This document shows positions 38,190 to 50,890 of a stretch of DNA of 64,000 nucleotides, piece by piece. Position 1 is the first letter of the stretch, and each line of letters starts with the position of its first letter. Source of the stretch: Mobula hypostoma. Lineage: Eukaryota. The position numbers and the translations under genes are program-made. Where the stretch lies: positions 72,976,001 to 73,040,000 of the forward strand of contig NC_086108.1 in the NCBI RefSeq assembly GCF_963921235.1, given 5' to 3'. The notes beneath the pieces were generated by a model. It saw only the letters and a list, made by a program, of their open reading frames with translations, searched no databases and had not been told where the DNA came from.

Positions 38190-38625
38190 TAGAATTTGAT
38201 TATTGTCACATGCTAAGCCACAGCTGAAAAATTTTGCCTTGCACACCAGCTATGCAGTTCAGTTCATTACAACAGTGCATTGATGTAGTACAAAGGGTAA
38301 CAACAATAGAATACAGAATAATGTATTACTGTTACAGAGAAAGTACAGCACAGGCTGACCATAAGGGGCAAGGCCATAATGAGGTAGAATGTGAGGTCAA
38401 GAGTCCATATTGTTGGGATAGAAGCTGTACTTGAGCTTGGTAGTATGTGCTTGCAGGTTTTTGTATCTTCTGCCTGATGGAAGAAGGGAGAAGAGAGAAT
38501 GGATATGTATGGTCTTTGATTATGTACGTTGCTTAACTGAGGCAGTGGAAAGTGTAGATAGTCCATGGAGGGGAGACTGGTTTCCATGATGTGCTGTGCT
38601 ATGTCCACAACTCTCTGCAGTTGCA
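38190..38625 (-). mobile_element. Rex1/Babar-type LINE 3' fragment
   Basis: ORF 38267..38626 starts LQRVVDIAQHIMETSLPS, followed by a typical tail. Confidence 0.65.
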
Positions 38626-39591
38626 TATTAGCAAATATTCATTTTATCCTTGAGAACACCAAGGTGTTATTAAACTTTGACTCTAACCAAGTTTTACATA
38701 TCTGAGTGGTGTACTAATATGTAGAAGTGATTTATTTCACTATTAGGACAGTGAATAATTTCTAAAAGAAACTTAAATCATGATACATTGCATTTTTAAG
38801 ACTATAAGATATAGGAGCAAAACTAGGCCATTTGGCCCATCGAGCCTTCTCTGTTATCTCATCATGGCTGATTCATGTCCCCCCTCTGCCCCATCTCCTG
38901 CCTTCTCCCCGCCACCCTTCCTGCCCTGATTAAGCAGGAATCTATAAACCTCTGCCTTAAATATACCCAATGACTTCACCTCCACAGCAGCCCGTGGGAA
39001 CTAATTCCACAGATTCACCACTATCTGGCTAAAGAAATTCTTCCTAACTTCTGTTCTAAATGAATGTCCTTCTATTCTGAAACTGTGTCCTCTGGTCTTA
39101 GACTCCCCAATATAGGAACCATCCTCTCTATATCCACTCTATATAAGTCTTTCAACATTCAATAGGTTTCAATGAGATCTCCCCCGATTCTGCTGAATTC
39201 CAGTGAGTACAGGCCCACAGCCATGAAACACTCCTTATATGATGAGCCTTTCAACCCAGGAATCATTGTGTGAACCTCCTTTGAACTTTTTCCAATGTCA
39301 GCACAATGTTAGGTAAGGAATCCAAAAACTACTCACAATACTCCAAGTGCGGTCTGAACAATGCCTCAAAGCCTTAGCATTACATCTTTGTTTTTATATT
39401 CCAGTCCTCTTCAAATGAGTGCTGGCATTGCATTTGCCTTTCTCACCACAGACTCAACCTGCAAATTAATATCGAGGGAATCCTGCGCTAAGTCTCCCAA
39501 GACCCTTTGCATCTCTGATTTTTTGAATTTCAACTCCATTTGAAAATAAGTCTACACTTTTATTTCTTCTACCAAAGTGCATAACCATACA

Positions 39592-39679
39592 TTGTTTCTT
39601 TGATTCATGGCTGCTAGTTAGGAGACGAATCTCAAGGTTGTATAATGTCTACATACTTTGATAATAAATGTACTTCGAA
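39592..39679 (+). mobile_element. Short LINE 3'-tail insertion (Rex1-type tail) with TSD
   Basis: Ends gataataaatgtacttcgaa; CATACA at both 39586-39591 and 39680-39685. Confidence 0.7.
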
Positions 39680-40299
39680 CATACACTTCCCAACACTGGA
39701 TTCCACCTGCCACTTCTTTGCCCATTCTCTTAATTCCTCTAAGACCTTCTGCAGCCTCTCCGTTTTCTCAACACTACCTTCCCTGCACCTACCTTCATAT
39801 CATCTGCAAACTTGGCCACAAAGCCATCAATTATGTCATCCAAATCATTGGCATATAATGTAAAAAGAATCGATCCCTGTGGAACACCACTAGACACCAG
39901 CAGCCAACCAGAAAAGGCTTCCTTTATTCCCACTCTTTGTCTCCTGCCAATCAACCAATGCTCTATCCATGCTAATATCTTTCTTGTATTACCATGGGCT
40001 TTTGTTAAGCAACCTTGTCAAAGGCCTGAAAATCCAAGTTCACAACATACACTGATTCGCCTTTGTCTGTCTTTGTTGATATTTCTTTAAAGAATTGTAA
40101 CAGATTTTTCAGGCAAGATTTTCCCTTAAGAAAACCATGCTGACTTCGACCTATTTTATCATGTGCCTCCAAGTCGCCCGAAATCACATCCTTAACAATT
40201 GACTCCAGTGTCTTCATAACCACTGAGATCAGAATACCTGGCCTATAATTTCCTTTCTTCATCCACTCTCCCTCCTTGAAGAGTAGAGTGACATTACCA

Positions 40300-41690
40300 A
40301 TGCCTTCACAATGGAATTAGTTTCAAAGTAAATATGGAAAAAGATAAGTCTGTTCTCTGGGTTAAGCTTCTAAATTGGAGAAAGGCTAACTTTGATGGTA
40401 TCAGTAGTGAGAAAGTATTCTAAGGGACCGGATATATGAGTATTTGGATAGACATGGACTGATTAAGGATGGACAGCATGGCTTCGTGCATGGCAGGTCA
40501 TGTCTAACCAAACTCAAAGAGGACGTTACCAGGAAATTTGATGAAGGCAAGTCAGTGGATGCTATCTACATAGACTTTAGCAAGGCATTTGACATGGTCC
40601 CACATGGGAGATTGGTCAGGAAGATTCAATCGCTTCTCATTCAGGATGAGTTAGTAAATTGGACTAGACATTGGGTTTGTGGGAGAAGCCAGAGAGTGGT
40701 AGTAGACGTTGCCTCTCTGACTGGAGGCCTATGACTAGTGGAGTGCACCAGGGACTGGTGCTGGGTCTGTTTTTAACTGGATCAGCAATTTACGGATGAC
40801 ACCAAGATGGAGGTGCAGGGGACAAAGAGAAAGACTATCAGAGCTGTGGGATTTGGACCAGCTGGAAAAATAGGCTGGAAATATAGCAGATGGAATTTAA
40901 TGCAGTCAAGTGCAAGGTGTTGCACTTTGGTAGGACCCAAAGCAGGTCTTACATAGTCTATGGTAGGGCACTGAGGAGTGCTGTAGAACAAAGGGATCAG
41001 GGGATACAAGTCCATAATTCATTGAAGGTTGTGTCACGGGTAGATAGGGTCATAAAGAAAGCTTTTGGTACATTGGCCTTCATAAATCAAAATAGTGAGT
41101 ACAGGAGATGGAATGTTATGTTGAAGGTGTAGAGGATGTTGGTGAGGCCTAATTTAGAGTATTATTTGCAGTCTTGGTCACCTACCTACTGGAGAGATGT
41201 AAATATGTTGAAAGAGTACAGAGAAAATTTACAAGGATGTTGCTGGGACTGGAGGACCTGAATTACAAGGAAATATTGAATAGATTAGGACTTTATTTCT
41301 AGGAATGTAGAAGATTGAGTGGATATTTAAAAGAGATATGCAAAATTATGAGGGGTATAGATAGGGTAAATACGAGCAGGCTTTTTCCGCTGAGGTTGGT
41401 TGGACTATATCTAAAGGTCATAGGTTAAGGGTGAAAGTTTAAGGGAACATGAGGAGAAACAACTTCACTCAGAGGGTTGTGAGAGTGTGAAATGAGCTGC
41501 CAGCTTAAGTAGTGCATGTGAGCCCATTTTAATGTATAAGAGAAGTTTGGATCGGTACACAAATGGTAGGGGAATGGTAGGGGAATGGAGGGCTATGGTC
41601 CCAGTGCAGCAGGCAGTCTTAATGATCCTGCACCAACTGGATAGGCCAAAGAGGCTGTTTCTGTGCTGTACTTTTCAATGACTCTATGGC
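40300..41690 (+). mobile_element. CR1 LINE (different subfamily) nested in opposite orientation
   Basis: ORFs give QHGFVHGRSCLT, YIDFSKAFDMVPH and MEFNAVKCKVLHFGR; tail atgactctat. Confidence 0.85.
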
Positions 41691-43504
41691 TAGCCACCTT
41701 TCAGAACCCTGGGTGTAGACCATCTGACACAGAGAATTTAACTACTTTAAGATCTTTCATTTCCATTAGTAATGGCAACTTCACTCACTTCTGTCCCTGA
41801 CGCTCTCAAATTTTTGGCATACAGTACTGCTTGTGTCTTCCACAGTGAAGATGATGCAAAATACTTATTCAGTTAATCGGCCATTCCTTTGTCCTCCATT
41901 ACTACCTCTCCTGCATCATTTTCCAGCGGTCCGATATCTACTCTTGCCTCTCTTTTATTCTTTATATATCCAAAGAAACTTTTGGTATCCTCTTTACTAT
42001 TATTGGCCAGCCTATCTTCATATTCCATCTTTTTCCTCTTTATGACTTTTTAGTTGCCTTCTGTTGGTTTTTAAAAGCTTCCCAATCTTCCAACTTTCCA
42101 ATAACATTTGCTCTATTATATGCCCTTTCTTTGGCTTTTATGTTGGTTTAAGTCCCTTGTCAGTCACAGATGCATCATCCTGCTTTTAGAATATTACTTC
42201 ATCTTCGAGATGTATCTATCTTGTGCCTTCCAAATTGCTTCCAGAAACTTTCACCATTGCAGTTCTGCCATCAACCCTGCTAGTGTCTCCCTTCCAATCA
42301 ACTTTGAGCATCTCCTCTCTTATGCCTCTGTAATTCCCTTTACTCCACTGCAATGCTGATACATCTGACTTTAGATTCTCCCTTTCAAACTGCAGTGTGA
42401 ATTTTATCATAGTTTGATCACTGTCTCCTGAGGGTTCTGTTACCTTAAGCTCCCTAATCAAATCTGGTTCATTACACAACACTGAATTCAGAATTGTCTT
42501 TCCCCTAGTGGGCTCAACCACAAATTGGTCTAAAAAGTCATCATGTAGGCATTCTACAAATTCCCCCTCTTGGATTGAGCACCAACCTGATTTTCCCAAA
42601 CTGCCTACATATTGAAATCTCCCATGACGATCGTCCTATTACCCTTTGGACATGCATTTTCTATCTCCCATTGTAGTTTGTAGCCACATCTTTTCTACTG
42701 TTTGGAAGATTCCCATCAGGGTCTTTTTACCCTTGCAGTTTCTTAGCTCTGCCCACAACGATTCTACCCGTTCCAATCAAATGTCACCTCTTTCTAAGGA
42801 TTTGATTTCATTTTTTTTACCAACAGAGCCACACCACCTCCTCTGCCTACCTGTCTGTCCTTTTGATACAATGTGTATCCTTGGTTGTCCAGCTCCCTGC
42901 CACAATACAGCGATGCCCACAACGTCATTCTGGCCGATCTCTAACTGTGCTACAAGTTCATCTACCTTATTCTGTATGCAGTGTGCATTCAAATGCAACA
43001 CTTATAATCTTATATTCATCACCTTTTTCAATTTTGACCCCATTTACATTGCAAATAGTGTCATTGACTGCTATCTGGCAACATCATCAGACTGTCCTTG
43101 CTAACAACGTCTCACTAGACACTGCTTCTGTTTGTAAACCAAATGTCCCATCCTCAGCCCCCTGCCAAGTTAGTTTAAACCCTCCTGAACAGCTCTAGCA
43201 AACCTGCCTGCAAGGATATTGGGTCCCCCTCGGGTTCAAGTGTAAACTGTCCACTTGTACAGATTGTGCCTTCCCAGAAGAGATCCCAATGATCCAGAAA
43301 TCTGAACCCCAGCATTCTGTACCAGTTCTCAGCCATGCATTTAACTGCAAATGCTCCTATTCTTACCCTCGCCAACATATGACACGGGCAGCAATCCAGA
43401 AATTACTAACCTGGCGGTCCTGTTATTCAGCTTTCTACATAGCTCCCTAAGATATCTCTTTGGGACCTCCTCGCCTTTCCTACCTATGTCATTGCTGCCA
43501 ATAT

Positions 43505-43912
43505 ATTGATGCAGTTATAAAGAAGGCAAGACAGTGACTATACTTCATTAGGAATTTGAGGAGATTGTCAACAAATACATTCAAAGACTTCTATAGATGT
43601 ACTGTGGAGAGCATTCTGACAGGCTGCATTACTGTCTGGTATGGAGGGGTGGGGTGGTGGTGGTGGGGGCACTGCACAGGACCAAAAGAAGCTGCAGAGG
43701 GTTGTAAATTTAGTCAGCTCCATCTTGGGTACTAGCTTACAAAGTACCCAGGATATCTTCAAGGAGCGGTGTCTCAGAAAGGCAGCATCCATTATTGGGG
43801 ACCTCCAGCACCCAGGGCATGCCCTTTTCTCACTCAGATAGGAGGTACAGAAGCCTGAAGACACACACTCAGTGATTCAGAAACAGCTTATTCCCCTCTG
43901 CTATCCAATTCT
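43505..43912 (+). mobile_element. Rex1/Babar fragment, same subfamily as 17740-18900
   Basis: KKLQRVVNLVSSILGTSLQSTQDIFKERCLRKA, nearly identical to ORF 17934..18290. Confidence 0.85.
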
Positions 43913-43914
43913 TA

Positions 43915-45140
43915 TGAGACCATAAGATATAGGAGCAGAAATAGGCCATTCAGTCCATTGAGACTGCTCTGCCATTCAATCATGGTCTGATCCAATTCTT
44001 CCAGTCATCCCCACTCCCCTGCCTTCTCCCCATACCCTTTGATCCCTTGGCTAATCAAAAACCTATCTATCTCTGCCTTATATACACCTAATTACTTGGC
44101 CTACACAGCCTCTCATGACAACAAATTTCACAGATTTACCACCCTCTGACTAAAATAATTTCTCTGCATCTCTGTTCTAAATGGATGCCCTTCAATCCTG
44201 AAGTCGTGCCCTCTTGTCCCAGACTCTCCTACTATGGGAAATATCTTTGCCATATCAAATCTGTTCAGGCCTTTTAACATTTGGAATATTTCTATGATAT
44301 CCCCCCTCATTCTCCTGAACTCAGGGAAATACAGCCCAAGAGCTGCCAGACATTCCTCATATGGTAACCCCTTCATTCCTGGAATCATTCTTGTGAGTCT
44401 TCTCTGAACCCTATCCAATTTCGGTATATCCTTTCTAAAATACGGAGCCCAAAACTGCACACAATTCTCCAAGTGTTGTCTCAGAAGTGCCTTATAGAGC
44501 CTCAACATCACACCCCTGCACTTATATTCTAAATGCCAACATTGCATTCGCCTGCTTCAGCACCAACTCAATCTGGAGGTCAACCTTTAGGATATCCTGC
44601 ACAAGGACTCCCAAGTCCCATTGCATCTCTGCATTTTGAATTCTCTCCCCATCTAAATAATGCCTGCGATTTATTTCTTCCACCAAAGTGCATGACCATA
44701 TATTTTCCAACATTGTATTTCATTTGCCACTTTTTTGCCCATTTCCCTAAATTATTAAAGTCCCTCTGCAGGCTCTCTGTTTCCTCAAGATGGATGTTGA
44801 ATCCTTGAACACCACCTCACTTTTTAAATATATATTATTTCTGTTTTTTTGCACAATTACTACCTCACCAGCATCATTCTCCAGTGGTCCAATATCAACT
44901 CTCTTTACTCTTTATATAACAAAAAAACTTTTAGTACCTTGCTTTATATTATTGGCTAGTTTGCCCTCATGTTTCATCTTTGCCCTTCTTATGGCTTTTT
45001 AGTTCTCTTTTGTTGGCTTTTAAAAGCATCCCAGTCATCCAACTTCCCACTCACTTTTGCTACCTTATATGCCCATTTCCTGGTTTTAAGGCAGTCCTTA
45101 GCTTCTCTTGACAGTCATGGTTGCCTACCCCTGCTACTAT
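43915..45140 (-). mobile_element. CR1 LINE fragments (3' end plus an internally deleted part)
   Basis: ORF 44128..44547 (LRLYKALLRQHLENCVQFWAP...YFSQRVVNL); tail accataagatatagg. Confidence 0.85.
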
Positions 45141-45144
45141 TTGG

Positions 45145-48100
45145 AGGCCTATATGTCATTCTCAAAATGAGGGTAGAAATAGGATGATTTGGCAGATAAA
45201 CACGTGGCTGAGAAGCTGGTGCAGCCACAGGGCTTCTGGTTCTTGGATCATTGGGTTCTCTTCTGGGGAAGGTATGACTCGTACAAAAGGCAGATGACAG
45301 GACAAAATTGCAGCCAGCAAGTTGAGTATCAGTGCAGTAGGGATGCAAAATCAAAATGAGTAGCAAATACTGTACTCAGTGTTATAATCTCAATCCATAG
45401 GGTATAAGAAATAATGTGGATTATCATGTTGCACTTTCACAGATTGTTGGGTATGATGTTGTGGCCATCACTGAATCGTGACTGAAGGATGGTTGTAGTT
45501 GGGAACTGAATGTCCAAGGTTACACATTGTATCAGAAGGATAGGAAGGTAGATAGAGGGGGTGCTGTGGCTCTGCAGGTAAAGAATGTCATCAAATCATT
45601 AGAAAGATGTGACCTAGGATCAGAAAATGTTGAATCCTTGTTAGTTTAGAAATTGCAAGGGTATAAGGACCCTGATGCCAGTTATATCCAGACTTCCAAA
45701 CAGTAGCTGAGATGTGGACTAGAGATTACAACAGGAAATAGAAAAGGTGTGTCCAAAGGTATTATAGTAGTCAAGGGAGATTTTAACATGCAGGTAGATT
45801 CAGAAAATCAGATTGGTAATGGATCTCTAGTGAGTGAATTTGTTGAATGCCTACGAGATGTTTTTTTAGAACAGTTTGTCGTTGAGCCTACTAAGGGATT
45901 AGCTGTACTGGATTAAGTATTATGTAATGACCCAGAAGCGATTAGGGAGTTTAAGGTAAAGGAACCCTTAGGAGACAGTGACCACAGTATGATTGAGTTC
46001 AACTTGAAATTTGATAGGGAGAAAGTAAAGTCTGACATAGCAGTATTTCAGTGGAGTAAGGGAAATTATAGCGGTATGAGAGAGGAGTTGGCCAAACTAA
46101 AATGGAAGGAGATGCTGGCAGAGCAGCAATGGCTTGAGTATCAGGGAAAAATGAGGAAGATGCAGGATAGATGTATTCCAAAAACAAAGAAATACTTACA
46201 TGGCAAAATAGTACAACCATGGCTGAGAAAGGATGTCAAAGCTAATGTAAAACCAAAAGAGAGGGCATACAACAAAGCAAAAATTAGCGGCAAGATAAAA
46301 GATTGGGAAGCTTTTAAAAACTTAAAGCAACTAAAATGGTAATTAAGAGGCAAAAGATGAAAGATAAATGCAAGCTAGCAAAAAATATCCAGGTAGAGAG
46401 AAAAAGCTTTTCAAGTACAAGTTTGCCCTGCTATCCGAAGGTAGAGTGTTCCTATGAAACGGTTCGTAAGCCAGAATGTCGTAAAGTGAATAAGCAATTA
46501 CCATTTATTTATATGGGAAAAATTTGTGAGCATTTGCAGACCCAAAAATAACCTGCCAAATTACGCCAAATAACACATAAAACCTAAAATAACAGTAACA
46601 TATAGTAAAAGCAGTAATGATATGATAAATACACAGCCTATATAAATTAGAAATATTTCCCTACAACGATTGCCTGCACAGATCTCCGTAGCGAAAATCT
46701 CATGCAAGTGCTCTAGGCAGAAACACTCTCTCCAGTAACCTTTAGGCTATGAAGCTGCCAAATCATACCAAATAACACGTAAAAATACACAGCCGATATA
46801 AAGTAGAAATAATATATGTACAGTGTAGTATCACTTATGGGAATTGGGAAGACATCGAGCAAACTGATGATGGTGTGTTAGGCTGAGTTGTCACAGGTTG
46901 GGGTGGTGCAGTGGTCCCCGACCCTCCGGGCAGCGAACTGATACCGATTGGCGAAGCATGCAGGGGTACAGCAGTAGCCTGGAGGCACACAGCACATCTG
47001 TAAGAAAAAAGCCAAAATAAACATGCTAATTAATTAGGTGCCGCCCGGCACGTAATTGTTGGCCCAGATCAGAGGCTGCACCCTTACGAGTTCTTTTAGG
47101 CTTTTCCGATACTTTTGGACTCATCTTGTTAACGGCTGCTAACAGGCACATGTTTAAGCAATGCTGGCGAGAATGCCGTTCCGAATCCGGGGGAGAGCAG
47201 CTGCTCGGGTCGTGCGCTGCTTTTTATCGCGCACTGCCTTTTTTATCGCGCACTGATTTTTTTTTCACGCGCTGCCTCTTCGTAACAGTGAAAACACCTT
47301 CTGTTAGCAAAAACAGAGAACTAATGTAGGTCTTTCATAATAGTGAGGTTTCGTAAAACGATCGTTCAAAAAGCCGGGGACACCTGTATATAAAAAATAG
47401 AGAGATTAGCGTGGACATAGGACTGCTGGAAAATGAGGCTGGAGAAATAATAACTAGAGACAAGGAGATGGTAGATGAACTAAATGAGTATTTTGCATCA
47501 GTCTTCACTGTGGAAAACATTAGCAGTGGAAGGATTTAAGGGAAGAGATGTGAGTGCAGTTACCATTTTAAGGGAGAAGATGTTTAAAAAGCTGAAAGAC
47601 TTAAGGGTGCATAGGTCACCCAGTCCAGATGAACTGCACTCTAGGGTTCTGAAAGAAGTAGCGGTAGAAATTGTGGAGGTACTAGTAATGAATTTTCAAG
47701 AATCATTGGACTCTGCATGGACTGGAAAATTCCAAATGTCACTCCACTGTTTAAGAAAATTGGGAGGCATCAGTTAGAAATTATACACCAGTTAGTCTGA
47801 CCTCAGTGGTTGGGAAGATGTTGTCAATTGTTAAGGATGAGGTTATGAAGTATCTGGTGACACAGGACAAGATAGGGCAGTCAGCATGGCTTCCTGAATG
47901 GAAAATCATGCCTGATGTACCTATTGGTATTCTTTGAGGAGATTACAAGTAGAATAGATAAAGGAGATGCTGCGGATGTTGTATATTTGGACTTTCAGAA
48001 GGCTTTGTCAATGTGCCACACATGAGGTTGCTCGCCAAGTTAAGAGTGCATGGACTTACAAGAAAGTTACTAGTATGTTTAGAGCATTGGCTGATTGGTA

Positions 48101-49132
48101 GGAGGCAGTGAGTGGGAATAAAGAGATCCTTTTCTGGTCGGCTGCTAGTGACCAGTGGTGTTCCGCAGGGGTAGGCATAGGGAATGCTTCTTTTTATGCT
48201 GTATATAAATGATTTAGATGATGGAATAGATGGCTTTGTTGCCAAGTTTGCAGATGATACGAAGACTGGCAGCGGGGCAGGTAGTTTTGAAGAAACAGGA
48301 AACAGGACTTCAACAGATTAGAAGAATGGGCAAGAAAGTTGGAAAATGCATGGTCAGTAGAAGAAGTAAATGGGCAGAATATTTTTAAAATGGCGAAAAA
48401 TCCAAAAATCTGAGATGCAATGGCACTTGGCACCCCAAACATTTGACTTGCAGGTTGAGTCAGAGGTAAGCAAAACAAATGCAATGTTAGCATTCATTTC
48501 AAGAATTCTACCATACAAGTGCAGGAATGTGATGTTGAGGCTTTATAAGGCACTGTTGAGGCCTTACCTTAAGTATTGTGTACGGTTTTGGGCACTTCAC
48601 CTAAGAAAAGATGTGCAGGCATTGGAGAAGGTTCAGAGGAGGTTCACAAGGATGATTCCAGGAATGAAAGGGTTATCATATGAGGAATGTTTGATGGCTC
48701 TGAGCCTGTATTTACTAGAATTTAGAAAGATGAGTGGGGGGGGGGATCTTATTGAAACCTTTCAAATGTTGAAAGGCCTAGACAGAGTAGATGTGGAAAG
48801 GATGTTCCCCTTGGTGGTGGAGTCTAGGACAAGAAGGCACAGCCTCAGGATAGAGGGATGTCCATTTAAAATAGAGATGCGGAGAAATTTCTTTAGCCAG
48901 AGGGGAGTGGTTTTGTGGAATTTGTTACCACAAGCAGCTGTGAAGGCCAGGTTGTTGGGTGTATTTAAGGGGGAGATTGATAGGTTCTTGATTGGCCAAG
49001 GCATCAAAGTTTACAGGGAGATTGACAAGGAGTGGGGCAGAGGCAAGGAAAACAGGATCAACCATGACTGAGTGGCGGAACAGACTCGATGGTCCAAAGA
49101 CCCAATTCTGCTCCTATGTCTTATAGTCTTAT
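45145..49132 (+). mobile_element. CR1 LINE (ORF1 end plus ORF2), interrupted by a Tigger-like element
   Basis: ORFs 45989..46342, 47484..47777 and 48370..49071 are CR1 ORF2; tail cctatgtcttatagtcttat. Confidence 0.88.
46418..47386 (-). mobile_element. Non-autonomous Tigger/pogo-type DNA transposon
   Basis: TA at 46416-46417 and 47387-47388. Imperfect TIRs caagtttgccctgctatccgaa and caggtgtccccggctttttgaa (15/22). Transposase-start-like remnant MSPKVSEKPKRTRKG from 47124 (-). Removing it rejoins the CR1 sequence. Confidence 0.75.
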
Positions 49133-50409
49133 CGCTGCTCACCCTCCCCATTTAGAATGCCATGGACCAGATCTGAGACATCCCTGATCCTGGCATCTGG
49201 AAGGCAAGTTATCATTCAGGTGTCTCTATTGTGTTCACAGAATCTCATCTTTGTTCCTCTAACTATGAAATCACTACTGCGGTACTCTTCACCTCTCTTC
49301 TCTTCTGAGCCACGGTGACAGACTCAGTGCCAGAGACCCGGTCACTGCAGCTCCCCCAAGTAGATTCCCTCCCCGCCACCACCCCCAACAGTGTCCAATA
49401 CAGTATACTTATTATTGAGGGGAATGGCCACATGGTGGGTACTCTGTACCGGCTGCCCACTTCCTTTTGTTCTCCTGACAGTCACCCCGTTACCTGCCTT
49501 CTGCAGCCTTGGGGAGACTACCTCTCTGTAGCACCTATCCATCACTTCCTGAATCTCCAGTATGAGCCAAAGTTCATCTGGCTGCAGCTCCAATTCCTTA
49601 ACACATTCTCTGAGGAGATGTGGTTATCCAGGAGACTGGAGGTCCGCCAGAATTCCCACATCTCACACAAAGAACACAACACAGCCCTGGAGCCATTTTC
49701 AGTACACCACCTGTGCCCTCACAGATGAGGAATGAAGAATAAAGAAAAAGAAGAAACTTACCAGATACTTTCCTTGTCCAAGCATGATCTCACCAAAGTC
49801 AAAGCTTCCCCACTCTGACACTGGCCCGCTCACAGAGTGGCTGCTCCACTTGCCCCTGCCTTACTTTTATTCACCCTTGCTAATAAATGCTGTGCTATGA
49901 TTGAGTGCAGTTCAAACTTCAAAAACTGCAGTGAAGTGCTCCCATTCACTGATTGGGTGCAGCTCAAACTCTGTTTTAATTGTGCATTTCAAAATTAAGT
50001 ACCAATATCTTTAAATGGGTGAAAACAGATAGCATTAATAATCCTATTAATATTATTCAGAAATATCAGAATTGAAATGCCTCCCATAGAGTTTATCCCA
50101 TCTTTTCCCCCCACCCCTCCCGCCCACCCCGCTTATTAATCCTCAAATCTCTCTCCTTCAATTCGGGTGTCTTGTATATCCTTGATTTTGTTTGTTTCAC
50201 TTTTGACAATCACGTAGCTCATTACAAAAGAACTTGGTTACATTCAGCACTAATAGGATCGGAGATGTGTTCAGGTCTATTCTGGGTTCATGTGTGTGGG
50301 GTACACAGGTGAGAACAGAAATCGTGTTAATAGTTAGGTCAGGCAGCACCTATGGAGAGAAATATTTTGAGCAAATTCCTGTAGGGGGCAGAAGTGGAGA
50401 GATTTCAAA

Positions 50410-50890
50410 GGAAATTCGCTTGAATGATTCCAGGATTGAAAAGCTTGTCATATGAAGAGCACTTGATGGCTCTGGGCTTGTACTCACTGGAATTCAGAAG
50501 AATGAGGGATGACCACATCAAAACCCATTGAATGTTGAAAGGTCTCAATAGAGTGGACGTGGAGAGGATGTTTCCTATGGTGGGGGAGTCTATGACCAGA
50601 TGATCCAACCTCAGAACAGAGGGAACATCCATTTAGAACAGAAATGAGGAGGAATTCCTTTGGCCAGAGAGTGGTGAATCTGTGGAATTTGTTGCCACAC
50701 GTGGCTGCAGAGACCAAGGCATCAAGTATATTTGAGGCAGAGTCTGATAAATTCTTGATTAGTCAGGGCATGAAGGGATACAGGGAGAAGGCTGAGAGGG
50801 AAATTGGATCAGCCATGATGAATTGGTGAAGCAGACATGATGAGTCAAATGGCCGAACTCTCCTCCTATATCTTATGGTCTAATGGTCTT
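50410..50890 (+). mobile_element. CR1 3' fragment flanked by degenerate Penelope-like arms
   Basis: RRNSFGQRVVNLWNLLP; tail tcttatggtctaatggtc. Confidence 0.8.

Larger units (their letters stand above)
38797..49970 (-). mobile_element. Originally full-length CR1 (5' UTR, ORF1, ORF2, tail) disrupted by nested insertions
   Basis: Collinear minus-strand pieces: tail and RT 38797-40300; linker, endonuclease and ORF1 C-terminus 41690-43504 (HLNAHCIQNKVDEL; GFRFLDHWDLFW); ORF1 N-terminus and 5' UTR 49133-49970 (AIPLNNKYTVLDTVGG). Confidence 0.7.

Noticed and set aside
49898..49970. Two 21-bp repeats with a 31-bp spacer resembling a CRISPR unit
   Set aside because: Only two imperfect copies, eukaryotic context, no cas genes; located at a LINE 5' end.
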